Below are positions 12,450-24,490 of a DNA stretch of 64,000 bases, piece by piece (position 1 is the first letter of the stretch; each line of letters opens with the position of its first letter). Under the pieces are notes generated by a model. That model worked only from the letters and a program-made list of their open reading frames with translations. It was not told where the DNA came from and ran no database searches. The stretch covers positions 878,556 through 942,555 of the forward strand of contig JAKMXF010000299.1 of the NCBI GenBank assembly GCA_024704765.1. The letters run 5' to 3'. Both the position numbers and the translations under genes were made by a program. The stretch is from Oopsacas minuta. Lineage: Eukaryota; Animalia; Porifera.

Positions 12450-13763
12450 CAGGGTGGTTCATAAGTTCTGTGACATTTTTTCGATTCATAAATTTTCATT
12501 TCTAATGCTACAACAATAGTATTATCAAATGAATATCATTACTAGATATTCAATAATAGTATTTCATAAGTAGTTTCCTAATATATTTCATTTCAGTGTT
12601 GAATAGCTTATGGAAAGCGATAGGTGTGCTGTGATTAAATTATTTCAGGTGGGACATAAACCAAGGGAAATTTCTAAAATGTTCAAAATGCCCAGGGGAA
12701 GAAGGATGTTTATTACTAGGGCCATTAAGAGATATTTTTGGAGACTGGGAAAGTTGAAGATAGGGCGAGGACTGGTCGTCCGTGTTCTGTTGTGAGTCCA
12801 AAGGTTCGAAAGGCGGTGCGGGAACAAATTCGGAGAAATCCCCGACGATCAATGCGTAAAATGGCATCAGTCCTCAAAATATCCTATCGATCTGTCCAAA
12901 GAATCGTTAAAAATCAATTAGGAATTAGATCATTCAAAAGGAAGACAGTGCACTTCCTTTCTAGTAAGATCATGGGAAAGAGACTGGTTAAGAGTAAGGG
13001 TCTACTAAAGCGGCACGCTGTTTACGGGATAAACAACATTCTCTTTTCTGACGAGAAATTATTTACAATAGAGGAGCTAACAATGCTCAAAATGACAGAA
13101 TAATAGCAACTAGTTCTCAAGCAATCCCAAACGAGCGCATTAAATCGGACGAGTTCAAAAACCACAATCTGTCATGGTTTGGGCTGGAATTTCGGTAATT
13201 GATCGGACATCCCTGATATTTGTCCCACCAGGGGCTAAAATTAATTCAATTTCATATCGCGAACTGATATTAGAACCTGTACTGAAAGATATAAGCCAGT
13301 CCATGTTTTCTGGAGAGTCATTTCTGTGTTTCAACAGGACGGTGCGCCTGCCCACACCCCCAAAGTCACTCAGGCATGGTTAAAAGAGAATATTCCCGAT
13401 TTTATTCCCAAAGACGAATGGCCCCCATACAGCCCCGATTTGAATCCAATGGATTACTCTATCTGGTCGATTTTGGAGACAAAGGCTTGTGCTAAGGCCC
13501 ACACCAATGTAGAATCTCTTAAGGTGTCGTTGAGGAGAGAATGGGCTAAAATACGCCAAGAAACACTGCGTGTTGCGGTTGAGGCCTTCCCTCGCAGATT
13601 AAAGACTGTAATTGAGAAGAGGGGAGGGTATATAGAATAGTGGCTATTTCTAGCATATTATTAGCATATAGTGTTAGTCTAATTAGAACATCAAGCATGA
13701 ATAGTACATTATGAATTTATAAATGGGTTAACATAAATGTCACAGAACTTATGAGCCGCCCTA
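12450..13763 (+). mobile_element. maT (DD37D) transposon, copy 2, frameshifted transposase 12610-13640
   Basis: TIRs CAGGGTGGTTCATAAGTTCTGTGACA with a few mismatches, TA TSD. QQDGAPAH to NPMDY spacing of 37, ending KRGGYIE*. Confidence 0.93.
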
Positions 13764-15344
13764 TATATATATTTACAAATTGAAAAATCCTGCCCTATCA
13801 GATGTTAGGCTCAAACACAGGCTAATTTGAAAGTATATAATTCATATATAGTTCCAATTTCGCAAAATTCTCAAAATGCCGATGAGATAAACATGTAACT
13901 ATATAGTGAATGTATTTTAAGTAGCCTTTGTAACCACATATCGAATCGTTAATGGTTATATTACTAAGCCGACAATCATATGAATTAGTTTAATTGACTG
14001 TATACAAGTTGTAATTCTAATCTGAGCTGTAAATTGTTTGGATTAGAATTGGATTGGATAAGAAAAAAACAGCCTAAAATGAATTTCGATATGATAACTA
14101 ATTTTTATTAGTCATATAGTTACCAATATAGTATGTAGATATTCAAGAGGCGCCCGTAGAGCGACTTCCACCAATACGAAGTGTTCGTCCAAGCCGCGCA
14201 GCGCAAGCAAGTGAAGCGGCTTATATTGATGAATCGATGAACGTATATCTTTTCCATAAATCACAAGTTAATGAGAGGCCTTATCTACAATGTAGACTAT
14301 GGTAAAGGAAAAATGACATTGGAGTAATCATGTATATAGATTGTATTCACGGTCGGCACTTTGTGTCCTTCATACTGCTGAACGGGCACTTTTAAATCCC
14401 TCCAAGCACCTAGATGTACCCAAGCGTATGATGATATTGTGATGAATATTAGTTTCCATATGAATAATCATATTTCACTCCTTTAGGCTGATATCGCAAA
14501 TTGTGAAGAATTAGTTATTTATTTGTATAAAGGAAACCAATTTGTCCAACATAGTCTCAGGAAACTTGGGTTCAATTGGAATACTAGGGTAGTCGTGTAT
14601 CTGATTCCGAATATTTTATTGTCAACACGTATTAAGAAATTAGACCTTAGAAACTTTGTTTCAAATGCAATACTGGAATAATCAACTCGCTGATTTCTAA
14701 TCTCGCACTGTCAAGTTTCTCACATGTAAATTATTTGTGTTCCTATTAATAATATTGTTACTTAATAGAGCCCTTCTCTTGGTAAGTCGCCGTGCAATGG
14801 GCGGAAGTATCCTTGCGCTTTACTCCTTGTCTTAGCATAAGTATGAAACAGCTACATTTGTCAGTGCTGTTGGGTCGCTACTCGACGGGATATACTTGGT
14901 ACTCTACGCCTCAAGGTTGATTTTTGAGGAAATTTTAATTTTAATTATCCATGGTCCATCCAAACTCCAATTAGTAGCACTCAGTGGTAATATTGGAGCT
15001 CTTACGTGGCTTTTGGTAACTAACCTAGGCACTTCGTACTTCGTGTATTTATAAATATAAAACTTCTCGAAATTTGGAAAATTTCACTTCTTGTAGCCAT
15101 GTAGACGTAATAATTTCATGATAGTTTACAATTGTTCAAAGAGATGACGTCATTACATTAGGAATATCGCAGGGTATCTGTAATTCAAAATTCAAGCATC
15201 TATTATCTATATTGGCTGACCAGTTGTTAATAATGTGATTTTTGAAAATCCAAACAGGTGGCAATTACGCCATAAATTCGTTGTAGGTGTGAATTTTCTT
15301 CAAAACTAAAACATGTCAGAGCCAGGCCCAAAATACCTCTGTAT

Positions 15345-15897
15345 GGGGCGGATTCACTAGTCAGAATTTCGAAGTTGTGATTAGTCCGATTATCCTTAGT
15401 TGTAACAAGCCAGAGTCGATTTTCCGACTATAGTCACAAGTCAAAATCGATTTTCCGACTATTATAACAAGTCAGAATCGAATGTCAGACTGTTATCACA
15501 AGTCAGAATCGATTTTCAGGATGTTGTCACAAGTATAAAAACAAAAAATCTAACGATCCGCCCTTTTGCAAGCCTAATAATAATTAGTCCACAAAAATCC
15601 ATCAAAACACAAAATTACCATGAAGTCCACATCCCCGCTCCTAGGTAGCTTAATAGCGAGTACAAACGTAAATACCCAGATCCATAAGTTGTTGAACTAA
15701 ATCCCTAATCCCTTCCAAATTGTACGGGTGCATAATTAATACAATAAAAAGTTTTGCTGGGCCTCGTTTTACCACGTGACATCTCGAAAAATCGATTCTG
15801 GCTTGTGACAACAGTCTGAAAATAGAATCTGACCTGCGACAATTAAGGATATTCTAATTAATGACAACTTCGAAATTCTGACTAGCGCAACTTCCCC
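15345..15897. mobile_element. Merlin-like MITE with 31-bp subterminal tandem repeats
   Basis: GGGG...CCCC termini, perfect 8-bp direct repeat CTCTGTAT (15337-15344 and 15898-15905), inverted CTAGTCAGAATTTCGAAGTTG, four 31-bp units at about 15406-15536. Confidence 0.7.
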
Positions 15898-16007
15898 CTC
15901 TGTATACAAAATCAGCCCCGGGGTCTTCCAGTTTCTTTCAATTCCGAACATATGAACATAAATAAAATATACACACATATAGATTATTGCGTGTTAATAG
16001 TTGTCAC

Positions 16008-16456
16008 TAGAGATCGACCGGGGCCTCGGTCACGGTCCCGGTCCCGGCCGAAAATCGGTACGTTTTCCCGGCCCCGCGGCCAAAAAGTTGAGAACCCGGC
16101 CCTTGCCTAGCCGAGGTGTTTAATGAAATTTATGCTAAGACTTATTTAAAAAGCAAAACATCATAGGTTTGGAACGAAGAAATTAAATGCGAGATACTAA
16201 ATCAAAATATATACCTATCTCTATAATCTATCTAAATCTTGCTTATATCAAATCTTCAGTATCATCTTCAATTTCCTCGAAGTGTTGATTAGGAAGAACT
16301 ACATCAGGAGGTGGTTGAAGTAATTTGAATGAGCCAAATTCAACAGCTCTTAGGTTTTACTTGAGGAATTAGGGATCGACACCTGGTCCCGGCCGAAAAT
16401 TGGTACTTTTCCCGGCCCCGCCCCCGACCGAAAATTGTTCCTCCGGTCGATCCCTA
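16008..16456. mobile_element. hAT-type MITE, 449 bp
   Basis: TIRs TAGRGATCGACCGG, perfect 8-bp TSD GTTGTCAC, duplicated GGTCCCGGCCGAAAAT subterminal blocks. Confidence 0.9.
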
Positions 16457-16512
16457 GTTGTCACTTATGAACAATATTTCAAAGCGTAAGTCAAATACCT
16501 ATGTAACTTTAC

Positions 16513-16716
16513 CTTAAGGAGGGCAGATCTTTCAGCACATATAGATAAACCATAAATAGAATTATCAACACTCGATCCAGAGTAAATATTCCCATTTAAA
16601 GTAAGTACAGAAGCACCAACCTTAAAATCACTATGAGGCGAATAAGCATTTTTCCGAGCTAACTCACAAGTCAAAATCAAATCTGGAATATAATCTTCCA
16701 CAAGAGTTTTAGTCAT
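16513..16716 (-). CDS. CDA: Cytidine deaminase, exon 1 (68 aa)
   Basis: ARKNAYSPHSDFKVGA and YGLSICAERSALLK. Donor AAG|GTAAAG at 16513/16512, phase 0. Confidence 0.9.
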
Positions 16717-19336
16717 AAAACACTGATAACTATAGATATGTAGGAATAAATTTTAGAAACATATTATTGATATGATTGTATTTTTGTAGCACTGTTTGTG
16801 TATTCTCTTCAAATTCTAACCATGCTATTCTCTCTATATAATAGCCTTCAATCGGCATTCAGCGAAATTGTCGTCGCCGGCAAATTTCATGAACGCATCC
16901 CTGCAAAGGGCGAGGCTTACCGGTATTATAGAAAATGTAGATCACAGAAACTAATCTACACGCAGATTATAAAGTTTCATTACAAAGATATATATACAGT
17001 CAAACTTGTCTACAACGGCCAACGAAGGGACTGGCCAATGGGGCCGTTATATAATGTTCTAATTATATATTTCGAAATTCCATATATACACAATGATATG
17101 GAGAATTGAATAAGGTTTTTAGCATTTACAACTTCAGATTTACAATAATGAAATGGAGATTTGGATTCTAGATACCTAGAGCTGAAATATGTTTCTACAG
17201 ATATTTTACATAGATACTTTTATTCGGTAATATAATTAGTAAACTCTAAACAATTATACTGATTAGTTGACGGTTTTTATTTAAGAAATAAATATTAGAA
17301 GAAGAATTTAACTTTTGAATGATCGACCATGTACCAAGGCTCAGTTTCTATTATTTCTAGATATGACAACATTCTAAAGGAATGACGTTTGAAACATTTA
17401 TTTTATGCAACAGGTTCAAATTATATTATATTTTGTACTGTATGTAGAATTTAATCAATTTATATAATTCCAACACATCTTATGCACTAAATTTTGGAAT
17501 TGTTGAACTAAAGTTAGAATGGGAACCATAAAAGTATGATAATCTGATTTCCTATACGTAAATGTGTGATAGTCTTATAAGTTAGTCATATTACAAATTT
17601 ACAATGCAATTATTAATTAAAGAAGGCAATTGAAAATTGATTAAACAAAAATATATAGAATAAACAAGTCTCAAAGAAAATTTAGCGAGCCCCTGTTTTT
17701 TTGGTGGCAATTGAATTATAGAATAAAAATGAAGGTACCTGTATAATTTGAGGCGATTCTGTAGATAAATAACTTAATAATGGAGTTCCAAGTTAGAGCA
17801 TGTAATTCACAAGAATAAGAAAAATTATCGATTTTTAGAAGGTCGATGAAGGTGATAATTTTCAGTATTTCTGGGCAAAAGTAAGATTTTTATAAACCTT
17901 TACATTTCATCTATCGATCAGTATTAAAATAATTAAGATTCAGTTAGATTTAGAGTACGAAATATGAGTCTGAACTGACCCTACTTTATGTATTATCAGA
18001 TTCATCCCCTCTATTCCCGCACTTAACTAAATTTGAACTTCCATAACTAGAATTTGTAATATTATTTAATGAAATTTAATTTACAAAAGGTTTATATGGC
18101 ATAAATGTATATACGAATTTTCAGAATCAAATTTTTTTAGGTGGTTTATTTTAAGGAAGTAGTAAACCTAACTAATTGAACAAAAATGATGATAAATAAT
18201 TCACATTATCATATTGCGTAAAACCTTCAACTCTTCTCTATCGAATGATACTAATTTCATTTAAATCTGATGGGGTAGAAGTGAGACAAATTTGTGACAA
18301 GTGAACCAAGCCTAATAGTCTGCTAACATCACACGTTCAAATATTTCAAATCTGATATACACATATATTGTGATATTTGTGAAAATAGAGTAATGAAATG
18401 GTGAAATCTTAATTTATCAATTTAATTTCGCAATTTACCGCTCGTATATAATATATCACTACCATAAATATTTCAGGGAATTTGAAATCTTTTCGTGATT
18501 CTTTTCAAGTTTAGTAATGCTATTTTATCAATCAAAGTAATAATAAGTTGTACTTATGTTCAAATTAGTGCTTAACTTCTTTGTGAATACGGCTGGTGAT
18601 ACTTGATGCGAGACTGTAGTTTAATGAGAATAACAGGGTGACGTTCTCAGTTACAAGTCGAGAAACAAACAGTACTAACAAATAGAATTCAGAATCTATA
18701 ACGGAAAATAGTTACGAGGTTAAACAGAAAGTTGATTCACTAATCGACTTGAAAAGCAGGAGTTTAATGAATGCATGGGTGAGTCAAAGAGTGGCAAATC
18801 TTCAGGGATGGAAATTGTTAAGCTGTTAACAGTCCACAAAATTGTGTCTGTCAACAACTATCGCTTAACTCCATCCCCATCAGTATATGTCTTTGGCCTT
18901 AAGATACGCTACGGTTGGTAGGTTTCAGTCGCACCAACAATTGGATTGCTAATACAAACCAACTTTCGTGTTTTTGTTTAATTTAAGTTCCAAATGAAAT
19001 CTGCTGGCATCGTCCTGTATCTATCTATATATATACTCGTATTAATTACAAAAATGAGAGCTCCCTGACCCCCTGGGTCTGTCGCGGCACTGATTTTCAA
19101 GCCATTTAACGAACTTCATGTAATCCATGGTCCAGAAAAGAAGGTCAGCGATCAGGCCATATATCCATATATCGAAGACCATTATATATATATACGAGTG
19201 GAATAATTTGTATGAGTGAAATGTTTTGTATAGCTATTATTAAGAAGATAAACGTTCATATAGACATGCATTTAGTAGTTTACATGAATATTCCTGGAGA
19301 TTTGAAATTTCATAACAGTCACATGAAAAATATGAT

Positions 19337-20545
19337 TTAAAAGGTCTTAAAAGGCTTGGACTTGGATATAAGGCGCCTTTCCTTAAATTCTTGAATGGTC
19401 CTTTTCATTAAAGGCGCAAGTGATTTGCTATCATTTCCACGAAAAAAATTCCTATTCACTCTTTTACTACCCAAATTAAGTTTACACCTTCGAGGATTTT
19501 TAGAATCTGATAATATTTTCATCATATTTACAGGTTTCTCACGAGAAATTTTCGCAGATATTCTACATGAAATATCTTTCAACTTTTCTTCCTTCTCTTT
19601 GAACAATATATTGTAAAGATTTTTCCATGATTCTACATTTTTGGATGATAAACCACTTTTGAATGTCTTTTGACAATTTCGCTTCCATATATTATCAGTC
19701 ATTAGGATAAATTGTGGGTTTAGTTCTTCAATACGATTAAGTTCATTAGGAGATATTCTTTCTAACAAAGGCCGAATAACCTCATAATCAATAAATTTTA
19801 TTTGTGTAATTAGGTGGACATTATATTCTAAAAAACGTAAACAGAGTTCATAGAGACTAAATATAATTTTAGTATTACCAGAATATAACTTTGTCCGTGA
19901 ATTGCTGGATATAAATTGATTGATTGAATTAGAAGGACAGCGGACCTTCGTACAATTCTTCCTTTGAGTATAATTGGTTAGAATTTTAGTTGAAGGTTCA
20001 GGAAATGGAATATCGGGTAATGAGGGCATCTGAAAAATTTCCTTACTCAGAGGTAGTTGTAGTACATCATGAATATTCGCACTTGAAGAAAAATTTGAAT
20101 TTAGTTCATCTTGCAGTGTAAGCATAGGCGTACTTATGTTCCTAGCCTTAGTTGGATTAACTGCCTGTGAAAGCCTCTCGCTAAAAGAACCAAAACTGTT
20201 TTCACTTTTAGATGAAACTAAGGAATCCTCACATATTGCAAACCCAAACAACTGCAGTGGATTGTTAGATGAATCCAGATTTAACAATTTCATCCAACAA
20301 TTGACTAAACAATTCACAGCACTTTGTATTTCCCCACCAATCTGATATAATAATTGAAGGGTATAGCCAATTTTTGTTTCATGAAATAAATCAACAGATA
20401 TCTCAACCTTGCTCAAATAACCAATATATTTCAACAAATCAAATTGTTTGTCACAACTTTTCTTTCTACCATCGATTATCCGTTCAATACGAGATTTTAC
20501 TTTCTTGATATATAAAATCAAATTCTCATCACTAACAACTTCCAT
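19337..20545 (-). CDS. ELOA: Elongin A, intronless, about 402 aa
   Basis: N-terminal TFIIS-N/LW domain (LFHETKIGYTL...LVNCWMKLL), BC-box SLYELCLRFL, and Elongin A core (LERISPNELNRIEELNP...TDNIWKRNC...ESWKNLY). First ATG at 20545. Confidence 0.9.
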   Translation of the reverse strand: MEVVSDENLILYIKKVKSRIERIIDGRKKSCDKQFDLLKYIGYLSKVEISVDLFHETKIGYTLQLLYQIGGEIQSAVNCLVNCWMKLLNLDSSNNPLQLFGFAICEDSLVSSKSENSFGSFSERLSQAVNPTKARNISTPMLTLQDELNSNFSSSANIHDVLQLPLSKEIFQMPSLPDIPFPEPSTKILTNYTQRKNCTKVRCPSNSINQFISSNSRTKLYSGNTKIIFSLYELCLRFLEYNVHLITQIKFIDYEVIRPLLERISPNELNRIEELNPQFILMTDNIWKRNCQKTFKSGLSSKNVESWKNLYNILFKEKEEKLKDISCRISAKISREKPVNMMKILSDSKNPRRCKLNLGSKRVNRNFFRGNDSKSLAPLMKRTIQEFKERRLISKSKPFKTF

Positions 20546-20667
20546 GATGAAATCTATAAATAAATTCAAACTAGATTAACAGGGTTCTAAGGAATGAGTG
20601 TAAGTAAATATAAATAAATCACAAATTCCAAATCTGTGATACCGAATGACAATCTATCTATAAAAAT

Positions 20668-20904
20668 CTATGTAATACAGTAGAAATCGGTCTTCTTTAC
20701 TACTTTTTGCAAGAAAAAAATAAGAAAACCGATGAAAATCAATGTAAATCCTACAATCATTACAATCTGAGCAGGAAATAAAGTAAGAAAAATCCGGTTT
20801 AAGAATAAACCGATTTGGAATGCAACACCAAAACAAATTGTGTATATAATGACTTCAAAATATCCAAGCTTCAGCATTTCCGACAATGGCCGGGCTCTGA
20901 ACAT
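20668..20904 (-). CDS. Candidate 78-aa small membrane protein with two hydrophobic segments
   Basis: MFRARPLSEMLKLGYFEVIIYTICFGVAFQIGLFLN...IVMIVGFTLIFIGFLIFFLQKVVKK. TTTCAG lies 5 nt before the ATG. No family recognised. Confidence 0.35.
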   Translation of the reverse strand: MFRARPLSEMLKLGYFEVIIYTICFGVAFQIGLFLNRIFLTLFPAQIVMIVGFTLIFIGFLIFFLQKVVKKTDFYCIT

Positions 20905-20937
20905 CTCCCCTGAAACATGAATTTTGTACGCCAATAG

Positions 20938-23275
20938 CGGTACAATTGCAGAATCTTACACCCCCCAACTTTTCATGTGGTCAGAAAATCACTATATGCA
21001 GCGTTTAAGAACTCGAAAATCGGACGAAAATTGACAAGATACAAAAATTTCCCTAAGCCAATTCCTATGAAATCATATTACTCACTATAGACAAATTCTA
21101 TTGATTTATAAATTACAACTACCATAGGAATGCTGATACTGTTGATATTGAGATTATGTACCCTTGTTACTCTACTCCAGGGATTCCCAACATTATTATT
21201 AGTATTAACCCGTTTTTCGACACTGTTAAACCTACTACCCCGAATTGAGGAGGCAATATATCAGAAATTATATAATCTAAGTATGTAAATCAAATTAGAG
21301 TATTAAATGGGCAATGGGAAACTTGTTCCTGTTTTTTTTCGCCACTAATTCTGTCAAACGAGGCTCCGTTTTCCCCAATGTACAGCGGAGATCCCCCTCG
21401 AGACGAAAATCCGGCCTCACATAGGTAAGTTGATCAGGATCAGAAGTGCATTTTGCTAATCTTCTGGAAAAACTGTTAACATTCTTACCCAGAAGTTTGG
21501 GAAACTAAGTGAATTATATTCAATTTTCACTGATGAGTTGTTTGTGAGTTCCAAAAACTATTCTTGAGTATCTTCCGGAAGATGATCCACATTAACTTGT
21601 ACAGTGTTTATCTGTGGAAAATATCGCTTAAACTCGGCTTGTAAGCCATTGAAATGGTTTCTGATATCCTCTTTTAACTCAGCATCTATTGACTCCCCCT
21701 AAAATTTCACTCAATTTGTGGAAGCCCGAGAAATTCCATGAGTCCAATTTCTTTTCCAAAGAAGAACTTTTTCAATGACTGCCCTGATGTGATCACTGAA
21801 TGTTATTATATTAGACTCCCTATCCTGCAATAGGTCAATACGTCAACTAAGTACGCAAGTTGGGTACCGAACCCGAGGATTTCATAGTTAATAAGAGATC
21901 ATTCTTTTCCTGTCCATCAAGAAATGTCTTAAGCTCATATTGCAGTTCAAGCACCCTCTCTAGCATATTACTTTTGGACAACCACTGTACTTGGGCATAA
22001 AACAGTAGATTATGATGCGTTGAATCGAAATGCGTACATAATTGTAAAAACAACCTTGTGTTTAGCGCACTACCTTCACATAATTTACAACTTTGATTAC
22101 TTCGGTTAAAGTTGCTCTCAGTCTTGCAGGTAGCGTCTTTGAAGCAAGAGCCTCTCGATGGAACATGCAATGTGTTCCAACAACCTCAGGATTCTTCTGC
22201 TTAACTTGAGTTATAAATCCAGATCGAGAACCAAGCATGGCAGGCACTCCATCAGTACTACACCAACAAGCTTGTTCCAAGGAAATTTTGCTTCTTCGAA
22301 GTAACTGGGCACATAAGACATAACTTCGCCTGCCTTTGTCGTAGCCCCAATGGATGATAAAAAAAGAAAATCCTCCTCAACAGAGCCCCTATAAATACAT
22401 CTTGCAAGTACCATTAGTTGTGAACACTGAGCGACATCAGTTGATTCATCGAGTTGAATTGAGAAAAAGGGGGAAGAAATAATTTTTCTATCACCTGTTC
22501 CTCGATATCGATAGCCATTTCCTGTATTCGACGTTGTACGGTGTTTTTGAAAGCGAGATTTCTTTGATTTTGTTGTAGCTCCCTACATTCAAAATGAGAC
22601 GGGCAGTTTCTAGAAGGCAAGGTTTGATGAGATTTTCTCCAATAGTATGAGGTTTTTTGTTCTTTGCTATTTGCAATGAGATGTAGTAAGATGCCTCTAC
22701 AAACTTATTCGACTCCTGTCGGAAAGTCCCACTTGAATCAAGTTTCACTCTTGTGAGCCCCTCGGCCTTTAAATTAAGGTACTCAACCCCCTTGTCTACG
22801 AGCTCAGTGTGCACCTTAACGAAATGTTCCCTCAGTTTTGATGGCATCATAGACTCGTTACTCAGTGTTTTATAACAGATAACACACCCCGAGGTTGGAA
22901 CCCCTTCTCTACTACTCTTTCATTTCATTTGTTTGCTATTCAATGTATTTCACTGCAGGTAATTCTTGTACTTTAAAGAAAAGCTGGTCATAAGTTCATT
23001 CTGTTAGCAACACTAAATTGCATTCTGTATATGAAGTCGTCAAACGTTACCATGCTTGCTAACTTTTCCGTTGATTGGCGGGACATCCCGATTTCTCGGC
23101 CAGGATATGTGTTGACTACGAATGAGGCTAATGTTTAGCCAAAACTTGCCAAAACCCTTAATTGTCTCTCCATTTTGTAGTCTAGTCTAATACACATGTG
23201 CTACATCCGACAACGTCCCGCTCAATCAGTCCCTTCTGTCCCGATTTTACTTTACTCAGGTTAGCAAGTATGGTG
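20938..23275 (+). repeat. About 590-bp repeat, filled copy (interrupted by Buster)
   Basis: 20938-21177 plus 22907-23275 are colinear with the reverse complement of 26125-26720, roughly 85% identical by eye. Confidence 0.85.
21178..22906 (-). mobile_element. hAT/Buster (ZBED5-like) deletion derivative
   Basis: TIRs CAGGGATTCCCAAC and AAGGGGTTCCAACC, nnnTAnnn TSD CTCTACTC/CTCTACTA. Fragments CVICYKTLSNESMMPSKL, KKPHTIGENLIKPC, STDGVPAMLG and HCMFHREALASK. Confidence 0.9.
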
Positions 23276-23883
23276 TTGACACTCGACACCGTAATACTCC
23301 GAGAATGTTTAGCCAGTGCAAAGCAAAATTATCAGATTTTGGATGGCTAATATAATATGTGTGATATGCTTTGCCTATGGAGAATCAATTATATCTACTT
23401 GTGATTGTTATCAACATTCATTAACGGAAGACAATATAACGATCAAAATGAGAAATTTATTGGATTATGGGATTATTTACATAAATTTTCTTCTACAACC
23501 AACAATCACTTAATATCCAGTAAATTTGCATGAGATTAAAAAAACATGAGAAATGTGGTAAAAATAAATGGTTTCAGATATATTTTCCATTGTATAGATT
23601 AATTGATGTGTTCATAGTTATTTCAATATCAATAACATAAAAGATTTAGTAAAATTGGAATGCTGTTTGTTTGGCTACTGAGGTAAACAACAAATTGTTT
23701 AGGAAAGTGGCATGCAAACCACATGTAATTATTACCCATATTAAAGAATACATTCCAAACGAGCACACAATGAATTTCGAACAATCTTTACGATTAAAGT
23801 AAAGTATAAAACGAATATCAGGGAATTATACCTAATAAATTTTCAAAATTCGAGTTGTGATATTTCTATAGTAGAATGCTTAA

Positions 23884-24490
23884 TGGCAGTTTCTCCATCG
23901 TTTCAACCTCTGCTGGTTCCTATAATATTTCCCCTTAGTTAAGAAATTACCTTAAAACAACTTTTTCGTAATATCACTATTGAAGAACATACTTGTATAG
24001 CATGGCTCAAAAGTAACACACTTCCAGCTACCGTGATGATGTGCAAATGCAGTAGAATTATTCAGCCCGGAACATTTTCAGGTATTGCAGATGGAAAGGG
24101 GTGGAGATGCCATGAAAAGTCATGCAAAAATATCGCTTATATGAGGATTGGTCCATTCTTTGAAGGTGCTCATATACCATTAATTGAGTTGGTAGAATTC
24201 CTTTATTTCTGGGCCGATAATCTGCAAAGTATTGTATTTTTACACAAGAATCTGAGGTGGGGAGAGTATGCTATAACTGACTGGAAGAACTTCCTCAGAG
24301 ACCTTTGTGTTGAGGAATTTTAGTCAATCCTCAACCAATTGTAGGACCTGGGCATATTGTAGATATTGATGAATTAAAGTTTGGATATCGAAAGTAGTCA
24401 AGAGGTTGTATGATATCAGGTCAAGGATTATTTGGAGGGATAGATAAAGAAACAAAAGATACCTTAATGATACATGTTCGCGGCATGTCA
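23884..24490 (+). pseudogene. Merlin (ISXO2/IS1595-like) transposase relic
   Basis: Zn-ribbon-like WRCHEKSC, DWKNFLRDLC, and after a frameshift GPGHIVDIDELKFGYRK...GLFGGIDKETK. Ends not located. Confidence 0.75.

Noticed and set aside
14825-15055. 73-codon hydrophobic open frame on plus inside the CDA intron
   Set aside because: No start codon and no recognisable family.
547-16716. Link between the CDA gene and C>T decay of nearby transposons
   Set aside because: Free-nucleoside CDAs are not known to edit genomic DNA, and physical proximity gives no mechanism.
16895-16925. GGGCGAGGCTTA matches a stretch of U1 snRNA; ACTTACC and CCATTGCAC also occur at about 14780-14810 (minus)
   Set aside because: The motifs are not in U1 order or spacing, and there is no Sm site or stem-loop IV.
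17832-17886. Micro-exon-like TTTTAG|AAGGTCGATG...GCAAAA|GTAAGA on plus
   Set aside because: No recognisable protein and no consistent partner exons.
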